Of a stretch of 46,357 nt of DNA, positions 21,716 through 34,500 are shown piece after piece (position 1 is the stretch's first letter; each line of letters opens with the position of its first letter). The notes beneath the pieces are model-generated. The model was given only the letters and a program-made list of their open reading frames with translations. It was not told the origin of the DNA and searched no databases. The stretch is from Phoronis australis. Its lineage: Eukaryota > Animalia > Phoronida. The position numbers were made by a program, and so were the translations under genes. The stretch lies in the NCBI GenBank assembly GCA_002633005.1, contig NMRA01000444.1:332130-378486 (forward strand), in the 5' to 3' direction.

Positions 21716-22164
21716 AAGATCGTCTTAGCAACCAAAGCAGACTCTTGGATACTGTGAGTTGTGGTTGAGTTGCTGTGTTTTTACATTGTCTAAGTTTTGA
21801 TTATTCATGTTAAGGAAACTGTCTTGTGGTTGGCCATTGTGTGAACTATGACCCAAGTTACCTTCACACCATGAGTCACCAATATTGTAAGCATTTTGTA
21901 CAGCTAATGACACATTTTTAGCTTTTGAGAGAATAATGACAGTTGACCTTTTAATTCAGTTTTTTTTTTTTAAACATAAAAGTGTAGCAGCAGATATTTT
22001 GTAAGAGAAACGGCATTTTGTCGAGGAGCCATAGCCCTAGTGTGATTGTAAACCAACATTCCTTCTAAGAAATTAAGTTTTCATTTTTACCATTTGTCAC
22101 CTTTGTTTGACTTGTTTGTTGCTCAGATGAAAAGTGGTTGGTAGGCTTGGAAGGAACTGAACAT

Positions 22165-22419
22165 TCATGGGGCTCTCAGTGGAGACCATTCTTTGCACAT
22201 AAAATGACCCATCAGTTCACACTGATTTCCATGGGGGCTCTCAGTGGAGACCATTCTTTGCACATAAAATGACCCATCAGTTCAAACTGTTTTCCATGGG
22301 GGCTCTCAGTGGAGACCATTCTTTGCACATAAAATGACCCATCAGTTCAAACTGTTTTCCATGGGGGCTCTCAGTGGAGACCATTCTTTGCACATAAAAT
22401 GACCCATCAGTTCAAACTG
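22165..22419. repeat. 65-bp tandem repeat, >=4 copies running into N-gap
   Basis: Unit ttccatgggggctctcagtggagaccattctttgcacataaaatgacccatcagttcaaactgtt. Confidence 0.92.
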
Positions 22420-23038
22420 NNNNNNNNNNNNNNNNNNNNNNNNNNNNNNNNNNNNNNNNNNNNNNNNNNNNNNNNNNNNNNNNNNNNNNNNNNNNNNNNN
22501 NNNNNNNNNNNNNNNNNNNNNNNNNNNNNNNNNNNNNNNNNNNNNNNNNNNNNNNNNNNNNNNNNNNNNNNNNNNNNNNNNNNNNNNNNNNNNNNNNNNN
22601 NNNNNNNNNNNNNNNNNNNNNNNNNNNNNNNNNNNNNNNNNNNNNNNNNNNNNNNNNNNNNNNNNNNNNNNNNNNTGACTTCAGTTGGAGCTAATTTGGC
22701 AACAATTCAAGATCGGATGGGCATGGCAACGTTTTAATCCTCAAAGCACTTCGATAAAGAATTTGGCATTTGTGAAATCTTACTTTTTTGGGTGGAAAAC
22801 GCCCATACTCTCCTGCTATTCACTGAAATTTGTTTTGGTTCACATGCACTCTAATATCTGAATGTTCCTGTTGTTCCACGTAATGTACTCTTGTCCAAAA
22901 ACTACTTGGAAACATTCCTTTAATCAGCAAATTGGCATCTAGTAACAGGGACTGGAGGTGACGAGTTGTGCAGAAGTTACGAGTTGTGCAGAAGTGACTA
23001 GTGAGGCAACTTGTAGTGGCAACATGATGTCTTCCATT

Positions 23039-23989
23039 ACAAGAGCAACGCTGAGCGTTGAAATGCGCCCATGAATGCATCGCAAATGGTGTGCTTTTAG
23101 GGGTGTTTGTATCATTGAAATTGCCACAAGATGGCGCAAAATAAGTCAAATCTATCTGAAAACCAGAAAATGCCGTTTCTTTTAAAGAATTTCATTTACT
23201 AAATTTCATTAAAATTCGTCGAGGAACTTCAGAGAAACAGAGGAAAACGAAAAAAATGAAATTGACACTAGGGGGGCACTGTGTTCGTTGGATCCATCTA
23301 AAAGTCGTCGTCTTCTCTTGTTAACTTCATATAAATACACGTGCTAAATTTAATAAAGATCCTGCAGAGGGTTTAGGAGATACAGGCATGGGTGTAAAAA
23401 AACAAAACCGCCACTAAGAGGTGCCACAGTACTCGAAGTCATTGGAAAATCATCATCAACCGTCCCCTTCATAGAAAGAACATACATGCCAACTTACACA
23501 ATCCTCCTTAGAGTGGTTTGGTTGACAGAGGGACAGAAGTCGGAAAATCATTGTCAACTGTCTTCCTCATAATAAGAACACATGCCAATTTTCGCTGTGG
23601 TTTGGTTGTTAGAAGGGCGGATGCCAAAGAAAACGACTCGAAAACAGTAAAAATGGACACTAGATGGTGCAAAATGCCTCAAATCCATCTGAAAACGAGA
23701 GGATAGTGTCAACTCGTTAATAGATGCCTATGTGCCAAATTTCACAAAAATCGGTTGAGGACCTTTGAAGATACAGAGATCAAACGTAAAAAAACTAAAA
23801 TTGCCACTAGGGGGCACAGTGGTATTCGGGTCTGTCTGAAACTTGGCGGCCTCTGTAGTCAACCCCATAGGAACACACTTGCCAAATTTGAATAAGATCC
23901 TGCAGGGGGTTTAGGAGATACAGCCGCGGACGCCTAGACAGATATGACGGCAATATGCGCCCACATATAAATATGTGGGCGCATAAAAA
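23039..23989 (+). mobile_element. Non-autonomous Helentron/HINE(DINE-1)-like element with internal ~140-bp degenerate repeats
   Basis: It starts ACAAGAG + short inverted repeat caacgct/agcgttg + atgcgccca. Internal repeats contain ccaaattt...gat. It ends in a perfect hairpin tatgcgcccacata-taaa-tatgtgggcgcata (23954-23985) then AAAA. Confidence 0.65.
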
Positions 23990-25391
23990 TTACACCGCAT
24001 GTACCATCAACACCCATAACAGTTATAGAAAAGCCAAGTTGGTAGGTGTGCTGCAGTTTCAAGATGGTTTAGTATGATACCCCGACCTGAAGTTACCAGA
24101 AGTGAACCACTTGACATATCACCTCTGTGGATTTGCATAAACTAATTATCCCCATGGTGTTTATTCATGGTTACATAATGTGAAACGAAAAGTACAACCT
24201 TGTTCACATATTTAAGATGTATTTGTCAATTATTGCATACTAGGAATAATATAAAACATAAATACAAAATCACACAAGGAAATTTAGAGACAAATATACA
24301 CGGGGTATATCGATAAATGAAAAAAGCAACCAACACAAATAAACTACATAACAATATGTATTGACCTACTTGATTCTGACAGCTTTATTAGAAAATAGTG
24401 TTTCCCGTGACCATAGTAACTGATATGTTTCTTGATGGCCCCATTAAAAACAAGCGTTAACTTGAAATACATTTTGCTCAAGGGAGGTAAAATATGGAGA
24501 TGCTTAATTTATCGCGGCATTCATCTAATGTCAAATTGTTAAGCAAGCAAATTCACTGGGCAAATGTGATTAACATTTGGATGTGACTATACCTATATCT
24601 TTTCACATTTTTGAGTATTTAGTACAGGAAAATAAATAACACTTTTAATTACATTTTCGATATCCATAAGAAGACTACTGTTGTTGACGGACCACTAGTT
24701 ATATAACAATAAACTGACCGTATAGATGGCCCAGTGTATGTACACAGTAGAATGGCACAACATAAACAACTAACTGAAAATAGTATCCAGATGGTAAATG
24801 ATCTTTAATTTTGAATAGGCAAGGCAGGGTAACTTTCATACTTTTCAGTCTTCTAAAACATTTTCACGATAAGTGTTGTCAATGTTCAAAATGTATTATT
24901 TGATGACAACAAATGGGAATAAGACGTGCAAAACTAAGTAAATCGTTGATAAATATTTTACAATGAAACTTCACAAAATCTTTCCCACTTGTTTACCACA
25001 TTGTTTGATTAACAGAAGAAAGTTAACCAAAGTTAACCAAATACGGAGCAACTCATTCCAAATACATTTTATTCACAATATTGACAATATACTAGCAAGA
25101 TATTTGACTACATTTGCTGCAGACTATTGTCAATGAGTTAACCAACTGTCCTGTTCATTAATTCACTATGATAAGAATGATAAACAAATCTGACCCTTCT
25201 GCCAGAAAGGCAATAAAGGGTATTTTGTATTAACTCTCGGCAATTTTCTTAATTAGTGGGACATAATTATGAATAATGACCACGGTAAGTGGATGGCTCA
25301 TCATTCATGACATAGCTCAACAATATACACAGAGACTACATGATTGCACTTACACTAGATTGAAAGCATGGTCGACATCTGAAAAAACAGA

Positions 25392-25583
25392 CTATTTGAT
25401 CTCAAACAGTGTGACAAGCTGCTTGGCTGCCTTGGCGATATCGAATGCGCACTGGATAACCTCCTGAGTACGTGGACGTCGGTCAGCAGGGTCATGCAAC
25501 GGAGAGTGACACTTAGTCACAAGGTTGGCGGCGCCACTTGTTAGCTGTTCTAAGGCTTCTTGCACGCTGCGACTTGGAAGTTT
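25392..25583 (-). CDS. GIT: GIT last coding exon (paxillin-binding site)
   Basis: TQEVIQCAFDIAKAAKQLVTLFEIK*. Confidence 0.95.
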   Translation of the reverse strand, partial: KLPSRSVQEALEQLTSGAANLVTKCHSPLHDPADRRPRTQEVIQCAFDIAKAAKQLVTLFEIK

Positions 25584-28500
25584 CTAAACAAGAAACGGAA
25601 ACAAGACAATTGTCAAACAGGGTCACTTGTACTTTAAGACAATACATTCAGATAGATCAAATTTGACGTGTATAAGGCCAAGCACTTGAATGTATAACTT
25701 TATAGAGTGGGAATATCTAAAAGACTAAAAGCATACATGGAACATTATGGAATTACCCATAAAAATTTTAGAAGGATATTGAAAAAGCAATTAAAATTTT
25801 TAGTGAATATGTAGTGGAAACGAGGTTACAATTTACCTCCGGAAACAAGGAAGCCATGTCTGTGACTGCTGCATGTATCATGTCTGAACACGGCCCATAA
25901 CTGCAACATACGAAATGAGAGCAATGAGAAAATACAGAACTTAATACCCATCCCACAAATGGTTCACTCAATAGTGCTCGGGATGGGTCTGTAAATCTAC
26001 TGATTAGACTGTGAATAAGACTACACACTAAGACCACATTGTACTTACTATTCACTATTCACGCTGGGACAGTAGCAATTGGAAACGTAACACAGTCACT
26101 TAAAATTGTCCACAAAAGCCATTACCTAAAACTATTCAAAACATTCACAAAAAATGAAACTGCAGCAAACCATTTTAAATGCTTCCTGAACACTGTCATC
26201 TGCAGGAATCGTACCATATCCAGAAACTACTTCTGAAGAGAAATGTTTCAATCCACTACTTAAAAACCTCACATACATGAACGGATTACCAGCTGAACTT
26301 ACCTGTCGATTTTGTAAGCTCGAGCTGATTGCAATAGGTCTTGAATTTTGTGTGTGATGTTCTCCGTCTTTTTGACCACTTTTTCCTGACTGGGTAAATC
26401 ATCAGTACTCTCACGGTCAACAGCAGCAGTGGCTCCCTCTTCAGTCATGTCTGCCTGTGAGTCGGGGGTTAATGTAGTCCTAGAATAATGAGGTCACAAT
26501 TTATCAACAGCGTCCTTTTCACGATACCTGTTACTTAACCATTATAATTACCAAGTAATTGTCAAAACCCTGAAATTACTGCACTTAGAACTTTCAATAC
26601 AGTATTTAACACTTCAATTTTGACAATGAATAGAAAGTTATGAGAACGGTTTAGAAGCATTTCTCTTAATATATTATGTGTGCAGCCTTCAACCCACCTG
26701 TCAGATTCGCTGACATCCTGCAGTGCATTATTGTCATAGTCGGATGTGTCACTTTGCTGGTCTGGCAGTTTGGCCACTTTGTCAACCTGAAAAGGGAGGG
26801 AATACCATACAGTACGCATAGATTACAGTGGATATCAGAGGAAGAAGTTGAAAAGCACAAATTCATCATTTTCAGCCTGGGTAATAGTGTTCTGGTCCAT
26901 TTGTGACAAGAGCTTCCTAATAATTATATCAATAGTAGGACAGTGGTGTCGGGGAATAGGCGAATACTTACTACAATTTCCACAGGTCCATTGCAACAGA
27001 CTTAGTGCTTTAAATTAACTGCTCTTACTTATGAAGTCTGCTGGCCTGTTTGAGTAATTTTGCAAGATAGTGTTTTAATGTTTCAATATTCATAACAATT
27101 TTCACTGACAGAAATTGGTTTACTTCCGAACATTCTTTTCTATTGCTTTGGTAAGTGAAACAACGGCCAAAGTGGTGTTCTAGTATTTTATCGTCCATCC
27201 AACATTTCGGGCAACAGGATTCTGTTGCTCATCTTGTAGTGTTCTTATGTATCTGCAGGTTACAGTGACCTGTTATCACCCTGCATTACAAACTGCAGTT
27301 GGGGTCTGGTCAAACTCAAAAGCTTGGTGGCAAAATCAATATAAAAGAAATGCAATAAAACACTAATTATGGACGCTAATGTTATTACCTAACAAACCTG
27401 GGAAAAATAATGGGCACGAACCTTCGGTTCTAACGAAGCGGAAAATACTCTGTGATTGGGCTTACAACCTTTGATAAATGCACTTGTTGTCACTAAAAAG
27501 GGTATATATCAATGGAATAAAGAACTATAAGTGAAAAGGACGTTAAGAATACTTCATATAAATACATTGAGGTACATACAGCACTGTCAGGGAGTCTTTC
27601 CTCTTGAGAATGCATGCTATTAATCATCTCCTCTCTAAATGCTGGCTACAAAATAGAACAAAACATGCTACAATCTTTTGACAAATTAACCTGACAGGTA
27701 AAATTAAAGGTGAAGTATGGCAGGTTTAACATTCAAGTTAAATTACAATTTCAGAGCCATAGCCCGAGTATAGAACCCATTCTTCAGCCGAAAAGTATTC
27801 TAATGAAGCCATTCCACATACTACTGTTTTCGTATACGATTTTGCATTTGATTTTTTAACTCGAAGTCGTATGGGAACAGACAATTCTATGACAACACGT
27901 ATATAACTAAATCATTCGGCTTACATATATGTCATTCAACATTCATAGAGACTATGAATTTCATCACTTAACAAGACAGCATGATGCATAATATATCAGC
28001 TGTTACAACTGAACTGTATTTTAGATTTACCTAACTAGTCTAGTGACCTAGTTAAAGAGACATGTGTAATCAGCATGTAGTCTGCAGACATGTAATACAT
28101 GGTACATAACACTAGCCCCCAAGAATGTACACTTAGAAGCCAGTGTCGAGACCATGTAACATGAAATACTGGCTTACATTAAACAAGCAATACACTCCCA
28201 GCTCATATGCTGTGAAACAAAAATCAGCATCAAATATCAAATCATTATCTCGAAAAAACAGAGCACACACTATACGACATGAATAACAAAATGAACAACA
28301 TGTGACCACCAAAGCCTCCTACCATTGGCTGTGTCCATGGAGGTCTATCCTGGTCACGTTGTTCAAACATTGACTGTGGCCTGTTGCTGCTATTGCTGTT
28401 CTGTCTGCGAATAACACCCTCTGTTGGAGGTTGAGACATAGGGATTGTCTGCAGTGATTGGCCAGCCTGCATGGGCAATAAGGAGGTTGACCGTAACTTA

Positions 28501-31500
28501 CTATTCTCCTGAGACATATTGTCGATCTGAAATGAAATAGGAGCATGGAAAATAAGTTTTCAAATCGACCAATCAAAAGCTTGGTTAAGTTTGAATACAC
28601 GTACATGTCTCATGAAGAACGGTGAAATCTTGTGCAACGACAATTTTTCATAGATATTGGGAAAGATTCTATACTCAACACTTTATAAGATAACAAACGA
28701 GAAATCAAATACAAAAAGCAGCTTCGAGTCTCGCACACACTTCCCCTCAGCAACACAACAAACACGATGAACACCTGTGAACGGTTGGATGAAACAAATC
28801 CCAAGTAGGGACTTTACTAATTTCCCTAAATCTTAAATATTCTGTGCAAATGTAAACTTTTGTTATTTTTCAATCACTTTATCATCTGCTACTCATTTCT
28901 CTAAATTTTCTAAACGTCTGAAAACTGAGCCCCTTACTTCAACAAAAACAAATAGGGACAAAGTCCTTAAATTGAGCATGAAGAGGTCCCTGTGCAGAAT
29001 TAAGAATTCAATGTAGTTTAGTAGATGCAGCAATGAAGATAAAATATGAAAAGGACAATCAGTGTGTTTGCACAAGCTCCATAAATGCGCTGAAAGTTTA
29101 GAGAAGTACACAGTTGCGTCCCTAGTGGGACTGTTCCATGTAACCGGGCACTGGTTTTTAAATTAGAGACATATCATGATAGTGTCCCTATTTATTTTCA
29201 ATGATATTGACAATTTAATTTACAATTTACTCTCATTCTGCAACAAAAATTGAAAATATAACATAGCACTGAAAACTGGACACTCAATATTTGCACAAAT
29301 CCAAAAATACACTGAATATTTAAGGATCATTGTTGAGTCCCTACCTGGAACGTTTTCAAGCAACAGGCCATTGGTAACTGATATTCATGTTCAATAACAA
29401 ACTACAAGCGAGCAAAAATCTAAGACATGATGATATTAGTTTCCACTAGACATAGACCTTCAATAAAACAGCGTCCCTCCCAAAAACCAAAACAAGGAGG
29501 AGTGCGCTGTGATTACCACACTCCTTGTTTAGTTTCCAAGTGAAATGATAACATGAACAACTCACCCTGTTTTGTAGAATGACGATGTGCTGCTTGAGAT
29601 CTTTGTTAGTTTGCATTAACTGTTGAACTCTGGCTTCAGAGGCGACAAGAGACTTCTTCACGTCCAGATAGTCCTCCAAACTGATTGGTGGATTCTCATT
29701 CTGTTCTTCTTGCATACTCTTTTTTAAAATTAAAAATATTGAGTTAGGGTGAAAATTCTCTAGTTTGTGACGGTCTCTAAAATTTGGGACACTGAAACTG
29801 AAGTCAAAGTTGATATTTCTTGAGTTGGAGGACTACAGCACGGGTCACTTTGACCTTCATCATATTTCTCATATGTCGTATTTCTAACATGTCGTATTTC
29901 TAACATGTCGTATTCTATGTTTTTTAGAAACAGAGTCTGACAACAGACTTGGCAGTCCATAAATAGCCGCTGATGCAACATTTTCATAACTCCCTGCTGT
30001 GTGTAACATCACTGATCAAAGACAACAGATTCACTACTGATATTTTCTGATGAAATTCCCCGAGTAGGCACCACTTACTTCCTGTGCAAGCCTTAACTTC
30101 TGGGTTTTGTTTTCAAACCAGAAACTGGTTTTTATTTTACCATCTAGCAATATGAAAGAAAACATTTCGAAATTGAAAAGCCTCCCAATGTCTCCTTTTA
30201 GTAGATTTTTTTGTGTCTTGGGTAATTTTGACTCAATTAAAGATCAAACACCGCTAACCATAGTCTGCAGATGTACGTACTGGAAGTTAAATGGGTCGAC
30301 TCAGCAGGCGACCACAAGTGAATAAGGACGTTGCAGATCGTCCACAAAATCACAGATGTCGTGTATGGAGCATTGGTAGTCCATGTACTACAAGTCCATG
30401 TACTACAAGTCCATGTACTACAAGTCCATGTACTACAAGTCCATGTACTACAAGTCCATGTACTACAAGTCCATGTACTACAAGTCCATGTACTACAAGT
30501 CCATGTACTACAAGTCCATGTACTACAAGTCCATGTACTACAAGTCCATGTACTACAAGTCCATGTACTACAAGTCCATGTACTACAAGTCCATGTACTA
30601 CAAGTCCATGTACTACAAGTCCATGTACTACAAGTCCATGTACTACAAGTCCATGTACTACAAGTCCATGTACTACAAGTCCATGTACTACAAGTCCATG
30701 TACTACAAGTCCATGTACTACAAGTCCATGTACTACAAGTCCATGTACTACAAGTCCATGTACTACAAGTCCATGTACTACAAGTCCATGGTAAGAATAA
30801 TGTGAACAATCATTTATTAATGATCACAACTCTTGTCAATGAAGCCCAGATCTACAACTTGGCACAAGCTCCAACCTTGAGCAAAATTTTTCATTTTCAC
30901 TGTCCTGAACTGGAGAATTATTAGCACATATAAACTTGACAGGTACAAGGCAACTAAAAGCAGGAACAATTAGAATACTACACTGTCTTTTGAAGCACGG
31001 CAACGGCTGCTTACCTCTAGATTACGTAAATAGTAATCAATTTAAAAGAAAAAAGGTAATGTTGCAATTATTACTCAAATCAATCATTCAAAAAGTAAAT
31101 AGGTAAAGAACGTAAAAACAAAGATTAAGCACCAAACGTACAAAATATTAGTAAGACATAAAAGGTAGATCACGTATGTAAAGAATCATGCAGAAAGACA
31201 TCACGTGCCAAAAGGCCATGATGACGACGGTGATGATGACGACGGTGATGATGACGACGGTGATGATGACGACGGTGATGATGACGACGGTGATGATGAC
31301 GACGGTGATGATGACAGTGAATGTTGGTGAATGCCATGTTGTCTCCAAATTTTCACGTCTGGTTAATCCAATCTCAAAACCATACAAAAACTGGAAAGCC
31401 TTTTCCAAGCAAACAACACATCTTTGCCACATAGCAACAGTTTTTTGACAAACCAGGCAAATAAAGATGGACAATTCATACTCAAATACTTGTTTAAAGA

Positions 31501-34500
31501 ATGATACAAATCTTTAAAACATGAAACAGGGTGCCAAGCAGAGGACAGGAGAAGGGACATCTGTTGATGGGTTCTCACCTCAGTAAATGAAATCATAGAA
31601 CTGTGTGGAAATGATAGTCCAGAATATTTCTGCATTTGAAAAGAATGAAATAAACGAATTAAGGTAATAGCCGCCCCCACTTGATGGAAATCAAGTTAGT
31701 AATGAGACTAAACAGGTAAAAACTAAGGATATCTTCTTATATCATACGAGACAAAATAATATTAATGTATATAAATTTGATGAGCAAACTAAAATACCCA
31801 AGAAGAGGAAATGATCAATATTTAAAACAACACCATTCTCTATTTGATAAGTACAATGCGATAACAAATAACAAACCAACTTTGATGTAAATAAACCATT
31901 TGTTCATGAATAGACAAGACGACCCTTACAACTAAGACATCTTACCGTGTCGTGATTGACTTGTGGTTTCTCCGGAGCTTTATTTATAGAGTGATTACTA
32001 CACTCCTCCTCATTTAGTTCTCCCTTTGTACTCTGGATGTCGCTGATGCTACTGTAATCCTCGTCAGATGCCACTATGTCATAGAGAGGCTCATCGTCAC
32101 TCAGCTGACTGTAAGACATCTGTCGAGGTATGTAGGACAACTCTGACTTATCTGTGAAATAGAGAATAATGACAAAGACAATTGATTGATGACAGAGAAC
32201 ATGAACCTCTCAGACTATTCGTAGTAATCAGGGTCCTTGACAAGTGGATTTTGGTGCCAAATATTAGCCTCATTCCACTGTGATAAATATTCAAAAACTA
32301 CACAAAATTTGCCTTACCAGGCTCAAACAATGACTAAAAACCCCTCAAGGTTACAATCACTTCTGCATAATGTCAGTTTTCACCACACCAGGCATAGCAT
32401 TAGGGATGAGGGGTGGCCACGTAGGGGTGGGGACTGGGGGGGGGGGTGGCAACTNGTTGGAATGTGGAATTGGCATCTTAGAAGCATAGCCACCTTCCCC
32501 TAAGGTAAGCCAGGACCCGGTTGCTATACTACAGGTTCATTTAACTATTTGCCTTAAAAAAAGGTACAGTCATCTTAATTACACTAATATTACTAGTGAA
32601 GACCAAATGTATGGAAGTGTAGAGAGATGACCACCAAAAAACAAAATTTTACTAATTTTGACACTCCATGATGGGAAAAGTATCCCTTTTTCATGTCTTT
32701 TATGTTTATTCTATACCTCAGTTTTTATTGTTATTCTTTAATTTGTATTTTGTTCTGGTGGTATTATTTTTGTGTTGCACTGTACAATCTATGTTCAACA
32801 AATTAATCACATTCACTGGAACAAGCCATTTGATTTAATGTTGTATTAAAGAACTAGAACTCAATGCCTACAAAACTGCTACAAAAAACCTTAAGAAGTC
32901 ATTTAAAAATAATCAACAAACACTATCATTGAGCCTTACCTTTGTGAGGTGCTGGCTGGCCAGACATTCCCTGCTGCCTCCTTTTGGCATCACTAAGAAT
33001 ATCAATAACTAATGTGGCAAATTCTCGTGCGTTCACTCGTGCTAACTTTTGGCGTCCCTAAAATGAACAAAAAAACACTATTCACAGTGAATTCCCGAAA
33101 GCACCACACTTAATTTCGACTGAAAACATTCACCACACTTTTCTATTTGATTGTTGAGGTGTGAGAAAAACACGATACATATGACAAAAACAAGAACTTC
33201 TCTCATGAGGAACTGCCAACTAGTTAACATGCTCGGCAATGGTTTGATGCAACGTGCCCACATTTTGATGCCCATTATTTAGTGGGGAAAACTGGTTCTC
33301 AAAATTCGGGAACGTTATATCAGACCATTACCAACATGCTCTTGGCAGCTGTTGTATTGTAAAGTTTTGTTTTTCAAAATTCAACCACTACAAATATATT
33401 AGATGAAGTGACGGTAACACAAGTGCATCAACAGAGAGCCCCCGCTTCCTGAATAGTTAACACACAAACAAAACGACAAAATTGGAACGTCAGAAAGTGT
33501 TCCTCTAGAAAGACTTAGCATGTTCATTTGATGATCATGAACAACATTCGTTGGCAGTAATGACCTGTGATAGTCCTCCGCATACAGCAGCCACCAGTAT
33601 CAACTGGGATGTGTAAATCGCGTTAGTGATAAATTGGAAACGAGGTGGGGAACACCTTACCTGATTCCTAGTTGAGGTGAACTCAGGGTTTACTGGTAGG
33701 AAGGGCACAGTTTGGCGATCACTCACCAGGTTAGTCTGACTCTGAGACTGGAGCCAAACTGAAACAGAAGCAAATCCCTTGTTTTATATTTTGGTGCGGA
33801 TACACAGTGGGAGCACGAGGTCTGCCTGCCCCTGCTCAGGGGGTCTGCCTGCCCCTGCTCAGGGGGTCTGCCTGCCCCTGCTCAGCCGCCTTAATACTGA
33901 TGCAATGGAAGAATCTCAAGCACCTCCTTTGCTTCTCCAAAAACAGACACCTTAGATTAAACCCTGGATCTGCCCCAGTTCCCGCAAAAGGAAATTAGAT
34001 AATAAGCGTAACGGCAACACAACTTAACTGTTTCCACATCTACATTCAACAGTGGTTCTAACTACAAATATCATACCAATTGACATCTATGATCTTACAA
34101 ACTGGACTAATCAGACGGCAAAATTTTGCTCACCAACTTTTATTAACAGAACATGTAAAGAAAACCTAAAAAAGAAAGACTTTAGACCAAACAAATTCCT
34201 GCTTTATGTGTCAGTTAACAGTAACACGTGAAACAGGTAATTCCCATATTCCTGATACGTACATGAGTCATTCTCACGCCGGTCAACTTCATCGTACACA
34301 TCCATTGCAAGCTCTTCAAATAAATTATTTGGCAACTGGAAAAAAGGGAAATCACAAGGTGTATTATGCTTTAGTATTTTGAACAGAATTTTGCTTCCAA
34401 ACATGAATATAGCATAATGTCGAAAATAACGAGATAAGCAGCTTGTTTTTTTACATCAACAAAGAATATCTGTCATAAGAAGGAATATTAACCAAATGTA

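Noticed and set aside
20245-21735. Antisense Ser/Pro/Leu-rich ORFs
   Set aside because: Mirror of the low-complexity sense exon.
22165-22419. CRISPR-like arrays (also 3206, 13390, 38101)
   Set aside because: Head-to-tail repeats with no unique spacers, in eukaryotic DNA with no cas genes.
29719-29832. 38-codon in-frame 5' extension of the GIT coiled-coil exon
   Set aside because: The distal AG lacks a pyrimidine tract; the proximal site has a ctaac branch motif and T-rich tract.
30237-31474. Repetitive ORFs (WTCST, MYYKS, VHVLQ, MMTTV)
   Set aside because: Translations of 15-bp intronic minisatellites that happen to lack stops.
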